64,000 bases of DNA from Bacteroidota bacterium (lineage in GTDB: Bacteria; Bacteroidota; JABWAT01). The translations under genes and the position numbers were made by a program. The notes below the pieces were generated by a model, which saw only the letters and a list, made by a program, of their open reading frames with translations, did not search any database and had not been told where the DNA came from. Location of the stretch: NCBI GenBank assembly GCA_013360915.1, contig JABWAT010000009.1:3337-67336 (forward strand), written 5' to 3'. The stretch's first letter is position 1; each line of letters begins with the position of its first letter. Positions 51,175 to 61,747 of this stretch are shown in pieces.

Positions 51175-51280
51175 AACCGAAAATAGCTTGTCGGATGATT
51201 GAAACTCAATAAGGGTGTCAACCCAGTTCCGAAAAGGGTGAACTGGTAAACAGGGTTGGACGACCTTTAAACCACATCTT

Positions 51281-52894
51281 CTACCTGATCAGAATCACCT
51301 GACGGCTTTGAACAGACATTCCATCCGATACACGGATCAAATAGGGTCCGCTGGCCAGGCCATTTGCATTTAGCCGGAGGGTTATTGTCTGACCTGTTCT
51401 GACCGGGCCGTTCTGAAGAATCAGACATTCCCGACCGAGAACATCAAAAACACGGGCATCCAGCCAGGACCCGGCCGGAGTTGCGGTAATCAGCGTCTGG
51501 CCGTTGAAGGGATTTGGCCAGGCCTCACTCACCTGAAGACCGGTTGGAACCAGTGGGTCCTGTTCGACTCCTACACCCGTTCCCGGCAGGTTTTGGTTCA
51601 GCCAGTTCCACCGATCCCGATACCAGGTTTTCAAAGCCTGTAATTCGTTGGCGTAATTGCCGCGGACAGCCGGATTTGGCCACACCCATTCATTTAGAAT
51701 GGGCCAGCGTGTGAAGTTTGAATCAATGGCTGTTCCAAGCAGACTGACCTGACCATCCAGCCATTGGTCGACCGAATCTGGATGAAGGGCCTGATTCTTA
51801 ACTTCATGCCACCGGGTTTTTACCTGATTCTGAAAGGCCGGATCGGCATGCATCATCCTGAACCAGAAAGGAGGCTGAAAACCATCGCCCTCGCTGAATT
51901 GAGAGGAAATCAGTCCATGGGTTTCCCAACCGTTGTAATAATCGGCATTACCAAGGCCGATATCGAAATCCCAGATGGGTCCTGCTTTGAGCTTTCCATT
52001 GCTTTTCGAATCGCGCTCTTTATACAAAAAGACGCTTAATCGAAAGGCATCGACATTTTTGGCAATTTCATTTAAAATGAAATAATCGGTAAACGTTGGG
52101 ACATCGAGGTATTTCGGATAGCCTTTTTCAGGGTCGGTCTTGTAGAGGTAACCGGCATTGGCCTCAAAGATTCTCATCCAGTTTTTCATGTAGACCCGTT
52201 GCTGATAAACCAGGTTTTCCGGTTTCGGGTAGACAAACTGATAGGGAACCCGCTGCCAGGCATTGGTAAACGGTGGAAGCAGGGAATACCAGTCATCGAA
52301 TCCATCATCAATCCGGTCGATCTGCAGCAGATACCCGCCGGTAACAGCATCTCCGGTTGTGTCTGCCGCCCCAAGTTTGGTAATGTTAACGCGGTTTTTT
52401 CCACGTTTCACCCGGTCCATGAACACGTACACCCCATGATACTTGCCATTAAGTACCACCTCTGCAAAGGCAGTACGCGCTGCCCACCGTCCGATTGAGT
52501 TGCTGAGATGATACATCAGATTGTTCCGAAGCATGGTCTTGTCACTGTATGGCGAATACATGACCCAGTCTGCATCCTTTGGCATGCCGAAGAAACTGAC
52601 CTCCAGTTCCTCGCCATTGGCATCACGGGTTTCCACCGACCAGGATTTCTTAGGGAACATCTGTGAGGAATTTCCCCTGACTTCTATCCCGATATTTCCC
52701 GTCCAGTAAAGAGAGCCATCGGCATTGTTAACCGTCATCGTGGCCGGAATTTTTGGTTCGTCCGGGATGGTCTGACCATTGGTGTTGATGTGGATAACCG
52801 GCAATCCGCCCGAAGGGGATTGTGAAAAAACCGGTTGGAAGAATAGAAAAATGGCCAAACCGGTAAGTCGGGTGGCAAATGGGAGCGTTTTCAT
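51281..52894 (-). CDS. CotH-family (atypical kinase-like) secreted protein with T9SS C-terminal sorting domain
   Basis: Signal peptide, a central region resembling CotH (NGKYHGVYVFMDRVKRGKNRV), and a C-terminal YLIRVSDGMSVQSRQVILIR sorting-domain-like tail. Confidence 0.55.
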   Translation of the reverse strand: MKTLPFATRLTGLAIFLFFQPVFSQSPSGGLPVIHINTNGQTIPDEPKIPATMTVNNADGSLYWTGNIGIEVRGNSSQMFPKKSWSVETRDANGEELEVSFFGMPKDADWVMYSPYSDKTMLRNNLMYHLSNSIGRWAARTAFAEVVLNGKYHGVYVFMDRVKRGKNRVNITKLGAADTTGDAVTGGYLLQIDRIDDGFDDWYSLLPPFTNAWQRVPYQFVYPKPENLVYQQRVYMKNWMRIFEANAGYLYKTDPEKGYPKYLDVPTFTDYFILNEIAKNVDAFRLSVFLYKERDSKSNGKLKAGPIWDFDIGLGNADYYNGWETHGLISSQFSEGDGFQPPFWFRMMHADPAFQNQVKTRWHEVKNQALHPDSVDQWLDGQVSLLGTAIDSNFTRWPILNEWVWPNPAVRGNYANELQALKTWYRDRWNWLNQNLPGTGVGVEQDPLVPTGLQVSEAWPNPFNGQTLITATPAGSWLDARVFDVLGRECLILQNGPVRTGQTITLRLNANGLASGPYLIRVSDGMSVQSRQVILIR

Positions 52895-52943
52895 GGCAAA
52901 AATCCGTTCAGAAAGCGATTGAAATGTCTGAATTGCAATATAC

Positions 52944-52996
52944 GGAATTCAGAATTCAGAATTCAGTAGCCAGTAGCCAGTAGCCAGTAGCCAGCC
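52944..52996. repeat. Heptamer tandem repeat (CAGAATT)2-3 then (CAGTAGC)4, between the stop of the PD40 lipoprotein gene and the start of the CotH gene
   Basis: Read directly from the sequence. It shares the CAGAATT unit with the locus at 20552-20565. Confidence 0.9.
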
Positions 52997-53032
52997 TATC
53001 AAAACAATTTCAACGATTGAAGGGTTTTCCTG

Positions 53033-53968
53033 TTACTTTTCAACAAAAACGGGTGCCTGGTTGTATTGGAAAACGGAGTCCTGCAGGATACGGAATTCAC
53101 CGGTTTCCCAGTTTTGGATACCAAGCATGAAAAACTTTTTCTCATAATCATAGATATCCATCACCAGCCATTTGCCATCCGGACTCCAGTCATGCCAGCC
53201 TTCATTTTCTGCATTTTTAGTGAGTTTCCATTGTTTTTTACCATCTGGGGTAATGGCAAATAAACTGGCTTTTCCCTGCTGGTTCGAGTGGTAGGAAATG
53301 AAATGATCGGTCGGATGCCACCGCGGTGGTCCGGCACGGTAGGCGTGAGGAGCAGCAGTGGTATCGGTCTTTGGATAGGTTGTCAGTTGGGTAATGGGTC
53401 CGCCGTCCGCATCCATCAGATACAGTTCCTCATGCATGGACCGGTCCCTCTTATTCGGTTTATATGCAAATACCAGTGTCGATCCGTTTGGCGAAAAGCA
53501 CGGATCTCTGAACATGGCTGTGGTATCGGTGGTTATTTGTCTGAATTGGCCTGTCCGGGTATCTATGATGAACAATTGGTACCGGATTTCCCGTCCGATG
53601 CGACCAGCCACCACCAATTCATCCCCATTCTTCCTGGCATCCATCCATGAATCTTCAAGTCTCAGATCCGACACACGTCTGATGTGGTTTCCGTGTGCAT
53701 CAGTCTCATACAGGAAATAATTCCGGTAAGCAGTGTCTCTGTCGCTGATGAAGAAAAGCCGGTTTCCTTCAGCCATGTACGTCCAGGCCACATCGGGGTG
53801 TCGGGTGATGTTTTTCCGATCAGAGCCATCCGGATTCATGGTAAATACGTCGTAATCATCTTTTTCGCCATTGACCAGCACGTTGTAGGCAATGCGGTAG
53901 GATGGGTTCACCCCAGAACAGGCGGTCAGCACGGTGGAGAGAAAAAGCAACAGATAAAGTTGTTTCAT
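53033..53968 (-). CDS. TolB-like/PD40 beta-propeller repeat lipoprotein
   Basis: Lipobox (LTAC) and repeated DG/WSPDG-type propeller blades. Confidence 0.55.
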   Translation of the reverse strand: MKQLYLLLFLSTVLTACSGVNPSYRIAYNVLVNGEKDDYDVFTMNPDGSDRKNITRHPDVAWTYMAEGNRLFFISDRDTAYRNYFLYETDAHGNHIRRVSDLRLEDSWMDARKNGDELVVAGRIGREIRYQLFIIDTRTGQFRQITTDTTAMFRDPCFSPNGSTLVFAYKPNKRDRSMHEELYLMDADGGPITQLTTYPKTDTTAAPHAYRAGPPRWHPTDHFISYHSNQQGKASLFAITPDGKKQWKLTKNAENEGWHDWSPDGKWLVMDIYDYEKKFFMLGIQNWETGEFRILQDSVFQYNQAPVFVEK

Positions 53969-54318
53969 TGCCTTAGTTCCTTGATTGTAACGGATAGAAA
54001 GGGAAGACCATTTGCTTAAACGCTGAAAAAGAAAAATTTTGTTTAATCAGAAGCAACTTTGTCAACCTGAACTGTACATTTTTCCGGCGTCGTTTCGAAT
54101 GAAAAATGCAAGGGATTCCTGATCGATTGGTTTTTATAAGTGACCATTAAACCCTGATTTAATTTCGAGCAAAACTGCAGAAAAAATCACACATCTTACC
54201 GATTCCCCTCAGGTCTTCTTCGTAATTTCCGAATCCCCCACCAAGTGGTGCCAGAAATCAGGTCAGTGAGAGTCCCATTTACCCTGAAGAAGCCAGGGAA
54301 GGTGGTCTCTTAAGCATT

Positions 54319-57300
54319 TTACATATTCCGGCGATACTGCCCGCCCACCTCATAAAGCGCCTGTGAAATCTGCCCGAGAGAACAAACCTTGACGGTTTCC
54401 ATCAGTTCGGCAAACAGGTTACCCCCGGAAACTGCCACCGTTTTTAACCGCTCGAGAGCGGGCCCGGCCAGATGACGGTTTCGTTGGTGAAAAGCTTCCA
54501 GATTGCCGATCTGCTGCTGCTTTTCAGCATCGGTGGAACGGATCAGTTCCAGTGATTCATACACGGGCGGTTGCGGATTCAGAAAGGTGTTCACTCCCAC
54601 AATGGGAAGTTCACCTGAATGTTTCAGGTGTTCATAATACATCGATTCTTCCTGAATTTTTCCGCGCTGATACATGGTTTCCATGGCTCCAAGCACCCCG
54701 CCCCGGTCAGAAATCCGACGGAATTCTGCCAGAACAGCTTCTTCGACCAGGTTGGTCAGTTCATCAATAATAAAGGCACCCTGCAGCGGATTTTCATTTT
54801 TGGCCAGACCAAGTTCCCGGTTGATAATCAGCTGAATGGCCATGGCGCGCCGTACCGATTCTTCAGTGGGCGTGGTGATGGCTTCGTCGTAGGCATTGGT
54901 GTGAAGGGAATTGCAATTGTCGTAAATGGCATACAAGGCTTGTAACGTGGTGCGTATGTCGTTAAAATCAATTTCCTGTGCATGAAGCGAACGTCCGGAG
55001 GTCTGAATGTGGTATTTCAGTTTCTGACTGCGTTCATTGGCTCCATACCGCCGTTTCATGGCTGTGGCCCATATCCGTCGGGCCACCCGGCCGATCACTG
55101 CATATTCCGGATCAATTCCGTTAGAAAAGAAAAAGGAAAGGTTGGGGGCAAAATCATCAATTTTCATTCCCCTGCTCAGGTAGTACTCCACATAAGTGAA
55201 TCCGTTTGCAAGTGTGAAAGCCAGTTGAGAAATCGGATTGGCACCCGCCTCGGCAATGTGATAGCCTGAAATGGAAACGGAATAATAATTCCGCACCTGA
55301 TTTCTGATGAAATAATCCTGAATATCCCCCATCATCCGAAGGGCAAATTCGGTGGAAAAAATACAGGTATTTTGTGCCTGATCTTCCTTCAGAATATCGG
55401 CCTGAACCGTACCCCGTACCGATGCCAATGTGTCACGTCTGATCTTTTCGTACAATTGAGGAGGAATCACCGCGTCTCCCGACAAGCCCAGCAACGCCAG
55501 ACCCAACCCTTGATTTCCTTCCGGAAGACCTCCTTCATAAACCGGAACCGGAAGACCGGCTTCACAATACCGGTCGGCAATCAGTTTTTGGGTGTCTCGA
55601 AGTGTACCCGATTGATGGATATACTTTTCCACCTGTTGATCAATGGCCGCATTCAGGAAGAAGGCCAGCATCATGGGAGCCGGTCCGTTAATGGTCATGG
55701 ATACCGAGGTGGTTGGCGCGCACAGATCAAATCCGGAGTATAATTTTTTGGCATCATCCACGGTACAGACCGAAACTCCACTGTTCCCGATTTTTCCGAA
55801 AATATCAGGGCGGCGTGCGGGATCCTCTCCGTACAGAGTCACCGAATCGAACGCGGTGGAAAGACGGGCAGCCGGTTGACCCTTGCTGACATAGTGGAAA
55901 CGACGGTTGGTTCGTTCCGGGGTGCCTTCTCCGGCAAACATCCGCGTGGGGTCTTCGCTTTTGCGCTTATACTCAAATACACCTGCAGTAAAGGGGAATT
56001 TTCCCGGGACATTTTCGAGAAGTTGCCAACGAAGCAAATCACCCCAGTCACTCCAGGAGGGAAGGGACACTTTCGGAATTTTGACGTGAGACAGAGAACG
56101 TGTGAAATTATCGACTTCGATCCGCTGACCCCGCACCTCATAATGGTGAATGTCATCCCGGTAATCATGAAGGGTTTGCTCCCAGGTTCTGATCAGGTCG
56201 CGGCTGTCACTGGTCAGCTCAAGAATGGCTTCCTGATACCGTTGGCGGAGGGTTTCAATCGCCGGATCATCCGAAAAAAGATCATCCTTGTCATACAGAT
56301 CACCCGGAAGGGGAACCTGACTTCCCAGATGCTTTAGCACCTGATGACAGGCACCTGCCAGGCTGGCTGCTTCTGACTGAACACCTGCATAAGCCTTGTA
56401 AGAAGACACCGAATCGGCAATTTCGGCCAGATAGCGGGTCCGGTCGGGCGGAATGATAATCTGTTTTCTGGGATCGCGCTGATCGGGTGAACCGGGGACT
56501 TCAAATTGGGTTCCGGTTTTCCGGTTCAGGGTAAGCAGAAGATTGTCGAAAAGCCAGTTGGTTCCCGTGTCGTTAAACTGACTGGCAATGGTGGGAAATA
56601 CCGGCATATCGTCGGGTGACTCTGACCAGCGGTTATGATTTCGCTGAACGGTTTTCCTGATGTCACGCAAGGCATCTTCAGCCCCTCGTTTTTCGAATTT
56701 GTTCAGTACAATCAGATCGGCCAGATCCAGCATGTCAATTTTTTCAAGCTGACTGGCTGCCCCGTATTCCGGCGTCATCACGTAAACCGATACATCCACC
56801 AGATCGGTGATGGAACTATCTGACTGACCAATTCCGGCGGTTTCTACAATAACCAGATTAAATCCGGCCAGTTTGCAAAGCTGAATGGATTCCTTCAGTG
56901 CCTTGCTGGTGGCCTGGTTGGCTGCACGGGTGGCAAGGGAACGCATAAACACCCGGCCGTTGTAAATGGCATTCATCCGGATGCGGTCACCCAGAAGCGC
57001 CCCACCGGTTTTTCGCTTGGAAGGATCCACCGATAAAATGGCAATCCGCATGGATGGAAACCGCATACAGAACCGGCGGATCAGTTCATCAGTCAGTGAT
57101 GATTTTCCGGCACCGCCGGTTCCGGTGATTCCCACGACCGGAATGGTAACAGGCGGTTGAAAAGCATGAAGGATGTCGCTGACTTTGTGATAAGCATCTC
57201 CATCTGGCTGATCGATTCCTGATTCGAGCAGGGTAATTGTTCGGGCAAGGGAAATGATCTCATCGGTCGAGGTGGGTAATCCGGTGATACCGGGACTTTC

Positions 57301-57744
57301 AAGCGTGGAGAAATCGGTTTTTTCCAGCATGTCATTGATCATGCCCTGCAATCCCATCTCCCTTCCGTCCTCCGGAGAGTAAATCCGGGTTACTCCGGCA
57401 TCCATCAATTCCCTGATTTCACCGGGGACAATTACACCGCCGCCACCACCGAACACGCGAATGTGACCGGCTCCCCGTTCCTGAAGAAGACTGATCATGT
57501 ATTTGAAGTATTCCAGATGCCCGCCCTGATAGGAAGAAATGGCAATTCCCTGAACGTCTTCCATGATGGCCGTTTCGACAATCTCTGAAACACTTCGGTT
57601 GTGGCCAAGGTGAATCACTTCAGCTCCGGAGGCTTGGAGAATCCGGCGCATAATATTGATGGAAGCATCGTGTCCGTCGAATAGCGAGGCTGCGGTTACG
57701 AAACGGATTTTATGCCTGGTTCTGAGGGGTGTCTGTGTGCTCAT
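54319..57744 (-). CDS. icmF: Fused isobutyryl-CoA mutase IcmF (B12-binding domain, MeaB-like G-protein, mutase catalytic domain); real start MSTQTPLRT at 57744
   Basis: N-terminal B12-binding Rossmann domain (FDGHDAS...ISSYQGGH), a central P-loop GTPase ([12 protein letters not shown]) and a C-terminal methylmalonyl-CoA-mutase-like TIM barrel, about 1140 aa in all. Confidence 0.85.
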   Translation of the reverse strand: MSTQTPLRTRHKIRFVTAASLFDGHDASINIMRRILQASGAEVIHLGHNRSVSEIVETAIMEDVQGIAISSYQGGHLEYFKYMISLLQERGAGHIRVFGGGGGVIVPGEIRELMDAGVTRIYSPEDGREMGLQGMINDMLEKTDFSTLESPGITGLPTSTDEIISLARTITLLESGIDQPDGDAYHKVSDILHAFQPPVTIPVVGITGTGGAGKSSLTDELIRRFCMRFPSMRIAILSVDPSKRKTGGALLGDRIRMNAIYNGRVFMRSLATRAANQATSKALKESIQLCKLAGFNLVIVETAGIGQSDSSITDLVDVSVYVMTPEYGAASQLEKIDMLDLADLIVLNKFEKRGAEDALRDIRKTVQRNHNRWSESPDDMPVFPTIASQFNDTGTNWLFDNLLLTLNRKTGTQFEVPGSPDQRDPRKQIIIPPDRTRYLAEIADSVSSYKAYAGVQSEAASLAGACHQVLKHLGSQVPLPGDLYDKDDLFSDDPAIETLRQRYQEAILELTSDSRDLIRTWEQTLHDYRDDIHHYEVRGQRIEVDNFTRSLSHVKIPKVSLPSWSDWGDLLRWQLLENVPGKFPFTAGVFEYKRKSEDPTRMFAGEGTPERTNRRFHYVSKGQPAARLSTAFDSVTLYGEDPARRPDIFGKIGNSGVSVCTVDDAKKLYSGFDLCAPTTSVSMTINGPAPMMLAFFLNAAIDQQVEKYIHQSGTLRDTQKLIADRYCEAGLPVPVYEGGLPEGNQGLGLALLGLSGDAVIPPQLYEKIRRDTLASVRGTVQADILKEDQAQNTCIFSTEFALRMMGDIQDYFIRNQVRNYYSVSISGYHIAEAGANPISQLAFTLANGFTYVEYYLSRGMKIDDFAPNLSFFFSNGIDPEYAVIGRVARRIWATAMKRRYGANERSQKLKYHIQTSGRSLHAQEIDFNDIRTTLQALYAIYDNCNSLHTNAYDEAITTPTEESVRRAMAIQLIINRELGLAKNENPLQGAFIIDELTNLVEEAVLAEFRRISDRGGVLGAMETMYQRGKIQEESMYYEHLKHSGELPIVGVNTFLNPQPPVYESLELIRSTDAEKQQQIGNLEAFHQRNRHLAGPALERLKTVAVSGGNLFAELMETVKVCSLGQISQALYEVGGQYRRNM

Positions 57745-57912
57745 GGTTTTCGAAAAAATGAATGGTTCCGGCAGTGGTCCTGCTGCCGGCAGTGGTCGTT
57801 CTGATTGTTGACTGCGATGGAGCAAAGATAAGCGGGTCGGCCGGATTTGGGAAAAACATGACTTCCTCACCGGATTCGTCCTGTTTTTAATCCTGCTGCA
57901 TTATTCGTTTTT

Positions 57913-59364
57913 TTGCAGGGAATGAAGACTTCTCCTTTTTCCCCCATTACCAACCGGCTCTGGCAAAGTGGCTCCCAATGTAAACGTCTGTTGTGGTATA
58001 AACAACGGGGTCTGAAGGAATCAATTCCTCCCCGGCCCGATTGGCGGACCAGTGTAGCCAAGCATCAGGTTCACGAAGTGGCCCGTCGTTTATTTCCCGG
58101 GGGGCGTTTTGCCGCCAGAGGGGAATCCCTGCGGAATGAAGGGACCTGGTTTGATGTCTGGCTGGAAAGCGACCGTTATGCCTGCCGGGCCGATATTCTG
58201 GTCCTGAAGGACAAGAACAAGCGGACAGTTGATTTGTACCGGGTCAAATCGGCCACCCGGCTTTATGACCGTTACCTCGATGATGTCGCTTTTCAGACGG
58301 TTTGTCTCAGGGCTGCGGGTTTTGTCCCTGACCGGCAGTTCATTATTCACATCAATCCGGCCGCCGACCGACCCGATCCGGATGTTCTGTTTGTGATCTC
58401 TGAGGTGACAGACCGGCTCAACGGACGATTGAGATCCATACCAGCAAAGGCCGCCGCCCTTCGCCGGTTACTTCGTCAGGAAAAGGAACCTGGCCGACGT
58501 CCCGGGTATCATTGCATGGAATGCGGATTCCGTTCACAATGCTGGCCGGATGAGGTGACTGAACCGGTTTTCTGGCTGCCGGCTCTGAATGATGACCAGC
58601 AGCAAATCATCCGGAACCGTGAGTGGCTCGATATCCGTCAGTTGCCCGACTCGTTCCCGGTCAATCAACGACAGGCTCTGATCAGGGAAGTGCATCAAAA
58701 CCGTCAACCGTTTATTCACCACACGCTGCTTACCGATTCGCTGAGTCAGTTGCGCCAGCCCCTGGCTTTTCTGGATTTTGAGGCAGACAATCCGCCTGTG
58801 CCACGATTTCAGGGAATGAAGCCTTTTGGCCAGATTCCATATCAGTTCAGTCTGCTGCTTCACGATGAATCCGGGCAGATGTCTGGCATTGATTATCTGC
58901 ATCGGGATGGATCAGACCCAAGACCGGGTTTACTGGAAAGATTGAGTGTGCTGAGAAATCACCAGGGCAGCATTGTGGTGTACAATCATCAGTTCGAAAG
59001 GCAGATTCTGTCCTTGCTGGCAGCCTGGTCGCCCGATGATGCCGGCTGGCTTGCCGGGGCGGCTTCCCGGTTGTGGGATTTGCAGGAGGTGGTTCAGCAT
59101 GGGGTGTACCTTCCCGGCTTTCAGGGAAAGTACTCACTGAAGCAGGTCCTGAACGCATTGTATCCCCGGTTCAGTTACGGCACCTTGACTGTTCAATCCG
59201 GTCTGGATTCTCAGTATTTATGGAATCATCTGATTGTGAACGGTGGTTCCGAGACCGATTGGCAGGCTCTGCTCGATTATTGCCGGCGCGATACCGAAGG
59301 AATGGTGCTGGTTCTGGGAAAACTGAGAGAATGGGTTCAAGGAACCGGAAATCAACCCGATTAA
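57913..59364 (+). CDS. Cas4/RecB-like PD-(D/E)xK nuclease domain (CxxCx5C cluster) fused to a large C-terminal domain of unknown function (DUF2779-like)
   Basis: CRADILV...VDLYRVKS nuclease-like motifs, a YHCMECGFRSQCW cysteine cluster and a roughly 270 aa C-terminal domain. Confidence 0.45.
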   Translation: MQGMKTSPFSPITNRLWQSGSQCKRLLWYKQRGLKESIPPRPDWRTSVAKHQVHEVARRLFPGGRFAARGESLRNEGTWFDVWLESDRYACRADILVLKDKNKRTVDLYRVKSATRLYDRYLDDVAFQTVCLRAAGFVPDRQFIIHINPAADRPDPDVLFVISEVTDRLNGRLRSIPAKAAALRRLLRQEKEPGRRPGYHCMECGFRSQCWPDEVTEPVFWLPALNDDQQQIIRNREWLDIRQLPDSFPVNQRQALIREVHQNRQPFIHHTLLTDSLSQLRQPLAFLDFEADNPPVPRFQGMKPFGQIPYQFSLLLHDESGQMSGIDYLHRDGSDPRPGLLERLSVLRNHQGSIVVYNHQFERQILSLLAAWSPDDAGWLAGAASRLWDLQEVVQHGVYLPGFQGKYSLKQVLNALYPRFSYGTLTVQSGLDSQYLWNHLIVNGGSETDWQALLDYCRRDTEGMVLVLGKLREWVQGTGNQPD

Positions 59365-59451
59365 CCGGACTGATTCGAGGAGTTTATCTGGAAGGGACCC
59401 TGACATGAAAGACCTGCGGCTGATCTGATTCTGCAGGCAGGTGGCGGGTAT

Positions 59452-60198
59452 TCAAAAACTCAATTTTTTTTCTGCTGCAAGGGCAGCCCCGATGATTCCG
59501 GCCTGGTTCTGAAGTTTCGCAAGCAGAAGCGGGGCCCGTGTGTGTAAGTGTTTGAAAAATTTGTCTTCCTTCTTGCTGATTCCGCCACCCACAATGATCA
59601 GGTCGGGCCACAGCAGGGCTTCCATTTGGGCCAGATAGACGTTAAAACGGCTTGCCCAGGCAGCCCATGAAAGGTCCTTGTTTTTCCGGGTGGCATCAGA
59701 CGCATATTTCTCGCCGGTCACGCCGTTTTTCAGAAAAATATGGCCGAGTTCCAGATTAGGGACGATCTGCCCGTTCACAAAAAGCACGGCTCCGATTCCC
59801 GTTCCCACCGTCAGTATCAGAACGGTTCCTTTCTGGCCGGCTCCATGTCCGAAGGACATTTCTGCAAGACCGGCTGCATCGGCATCATTTAAAACGGTAA
59901 CCGGCTGACCGGTCACCTGAGAAAACAGATCACGTGCATTGGTCTGAATCCATGACCGGTGGATGTTTGCGGCCGTCATGGCCACACCATGATGAACCAC
60001 CGATGGAAATCCGACTCCGATCGGACCGGAATATTTCAATGATTTTGTCAGTTCTGATATGGTTTTGGCCACAGAATCAGGGGTGGATGGACTGGGTGTG
60101 ACCAGACGAAGCCGCTCGGTCAGCAGATCGCCGGTGGTGGTTTCAACGATGGCCCCTTTGATGCCGGATCCGCCGACATCGACTCCCAGAATCTTCAT
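59452..60198 (-). CDS. ROK-family glucokinase (polyphosphate/ATP glucokinase-like)
   Basis: ILGVDVGGSGIKGAIV N-terminal ATPase motif and ROK-like length (248 aa). Confidence 0.7.
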   Translation of the reverse strand: MKILGVDVGGSGIKGAIVETTTGDLLTERLRLVTPSPSTPDSVAKTISELTKSLKYSGPIGVGFPSVVHHGVAMTAANIHRSWIQTNARDLFSQVTGQPVTVLNDADAAGLAEMSFGHGAGQKGTVLILTVGTGIGAVLFVNGQIVPNLELGHIFLKNGVTGEKYASDATRKNKDLSWAAWASRFNVYLAQMEALLWPDLIIVGGGISKKEDKFFKHLHTRAPLLLAKLQNQAGIIGAALAAEKKLSF

Positions 60199-60336
60199 TC
60201 TGCACCCCGATTAAGTGATTTTCACTGCAATAAACGAGGTTTATTCAAATAATTCAAACGGAATATCTCTATATTTACCGGCCGGACCTTCCGGTCCGTC
60301 TAAACCAGTGTATTTCAGAAACGTCAGGGAGAAACT

Positions 60337-60672
60337 ATGAAAATTGGTGAACGTTTTCACGGTGATGTCGCCGTGATTAAAATTTCTGGCAATCTGATGA
60401 GTGGTCCCGAATCGGGAGAGCTGCATCAGGCAGTAAAAAATGTCATTGAAAAAGGCTACCTGAAGGTGGTGATTGACCTGAGTGAAGTTAAGTGGATGAA
60501 CAGTTCGGGAATCGGCGCCCTGATGGCATCCTACAGTTCACTGGCCGCCAAAAACGGAAAAATCCGTCTGGTCGGTGTTACCGAGAAAATCGAAAGCCTG
60601 CTGGTGGTGACGCGCCTGATCAAAACATTCGATACCTTCAAAATGGTAGAAGACGCATTGGTCGGATTCTGA
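60337..60672 (+). CDS. STAS-domain anti-sigma-factor antagonist (SpoIIAA-like)
   Basis: 111 aa with VIDLSEVKWMNSSGIGAL, including a conserved phosphorylatable Ser region. Confidence 0.8.
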   Translation: MKIGERFHGDVAVIKISGNLMSGPESGELHQAVKNVIEKGYLKVVIDLSEVKWMNSSGIGALMASYSSLAAKNGKIRLVGVTEKIESLLVVTRLIKTFDTFKMVEDALVGF

Positions 60673-60678
60673 ATACAG

Positions 60679-60719
60679 GTAACAGTACCGGCTGAGGAGT
60701 CGGTACTGTTACTATTTGT
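60679..60719 (+). terminator. Putative terminator (12-bp perfect stem GTAACAGTACCG/CGGTACTGTTAC)
   Basis: Hairpin followed by a weak T-rich tract. Confidence 0.4.
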
Positions 60720-60905
60720 AAACGCTTTTACCATTTGTAAACGCCTCATTCCCATCCTCCACTCCTTCCGGTGCCCTTCCGGGTGACAAAGTCATCACAG
60801 AGGTGTCTGATCAATCTTTTCCTGAATCTTTCCTGTGTGGCACAGGATTTGTCATTAATGACTTATTTGCAGATCAAAACATGACTATTAACCGACGGAA
60901 AAACC

Positions 60906-61736
60906 ATGGCGACTCTCGATTGGGAACAACTAAAAATGGCTCACCTCGTATGGCGGATCAATTTCCGGTCCATGCTAAGCGGCGGGTCTGGAAAACTGGA
61001 AAGCATTCAGGTCAAAGACCATACACAGTGCGAAATGGGCAAGTGGTTACATGGGGAAGGCATGGCCAAGTATGCTTCCAACCCCATGTTTATGGATCTG
61101 GTGGCCTATCATAAGGGTTTCCATGAAATGGCAGCCAAAGCCTATGGTCATTACATTTCGAAAGAAACCCATGAGGCCAATGAATGTCTGGCAAAGATCA
61201 CCGATCACTCCAACACACTCATGGAAATCATTGATCAATTTAAAGTGATTGCCAGTCCTTCATTGGCTTCACCCTCTTCTCCCGAACCCGCAGATCTGGC
61301 CATTGAATGGAAAAAAGAATATGAAATCGGAGTCAGCCAGATCGATGAACAGCATAAGTCTCTGGTGAATGTGATCAATCGTCTGTGGCTGGCCATTAAA
61401 AACAGAAATGCCACTCATGAAATTGCCGAGATAATCCATACACTGGAAGACTATACCCGGGTTCATTTTGCGGCCGAAGAAGTTATGCTCGAAACAGTGG
61501 GTTATTCCGATCTTGCCGGACATAAGAAAAAACATGCCGAGTTTATTGCCTACCTTTCCGACTACCGGAAACAGGCTGCTGCCGGTTCAAAGGACTTTAT
61601 GGGGTTGTATGAGTACCTCGGAAAATGGCTGATCAGTCATATTCAGAAGTCGGACCGGAACTATATGGATGAAATCAACAGGAAGAAAACCCCGGTGGAA
61701 ACCGGATTTTTTGCCAAAATATTTAAGAAAATCTGA
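60906..61736 (+). CDS. CZB (chemoreceptor zinc-binding) domain plus bacteriohemerythrin-domain protein
   Basis: AHLVW...CEMGKW...YHKGFHE matches the CZB signature Hxx[WFYL]...Cx[LM]GxW...HxxxH. The C-terminal half (WKKEYEIGVSQIDEQHKSLVNVINRL, then H/E/D ligands) matches hemerythrin. Confidence 0.6.
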   Translation: MATLDWEQLKMAHLVWRINFRSMLSGGSGKLESIQVKDHTQCEMGKWLHGEGMAKYASNPMFMDLVAYHKGFHEMAAKAYGHYISKETHEANECLAKITDHSNTLMEIIDQFKVIASPSLASPSSPEPADLAIEWKKEYEIGVSQIDEQHKSLVNVINRLWLAIKNRNATHEIAEIIHTLEDYTRVHFAAEEVMLETVGYSDLAGHKKKHAEFIAYLSDYRKQAAAGSKDFMGLYEYLGKWLISHIQKSDRNYMDEINRKKTPVETGFFAKIFKKI

Positions 61737-61747
61737 TAGAAAATTTT

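Noticed and set aside
57745-57912. Cobalamin riboswitch upstream of icmF
   Set aside because: B12 riboswitches control B12 biosynthesis and uptake genes, not B12-dependent mutases. No conserved B12-box (GCCACTG) context or fold is evident.
60803-61114. 103-aa ORF overlapping the start of the CZB/hemerythrin gene
   Set aside because: It is out of frame with the well-supported domain-containing ORF and has no coding features of its own.
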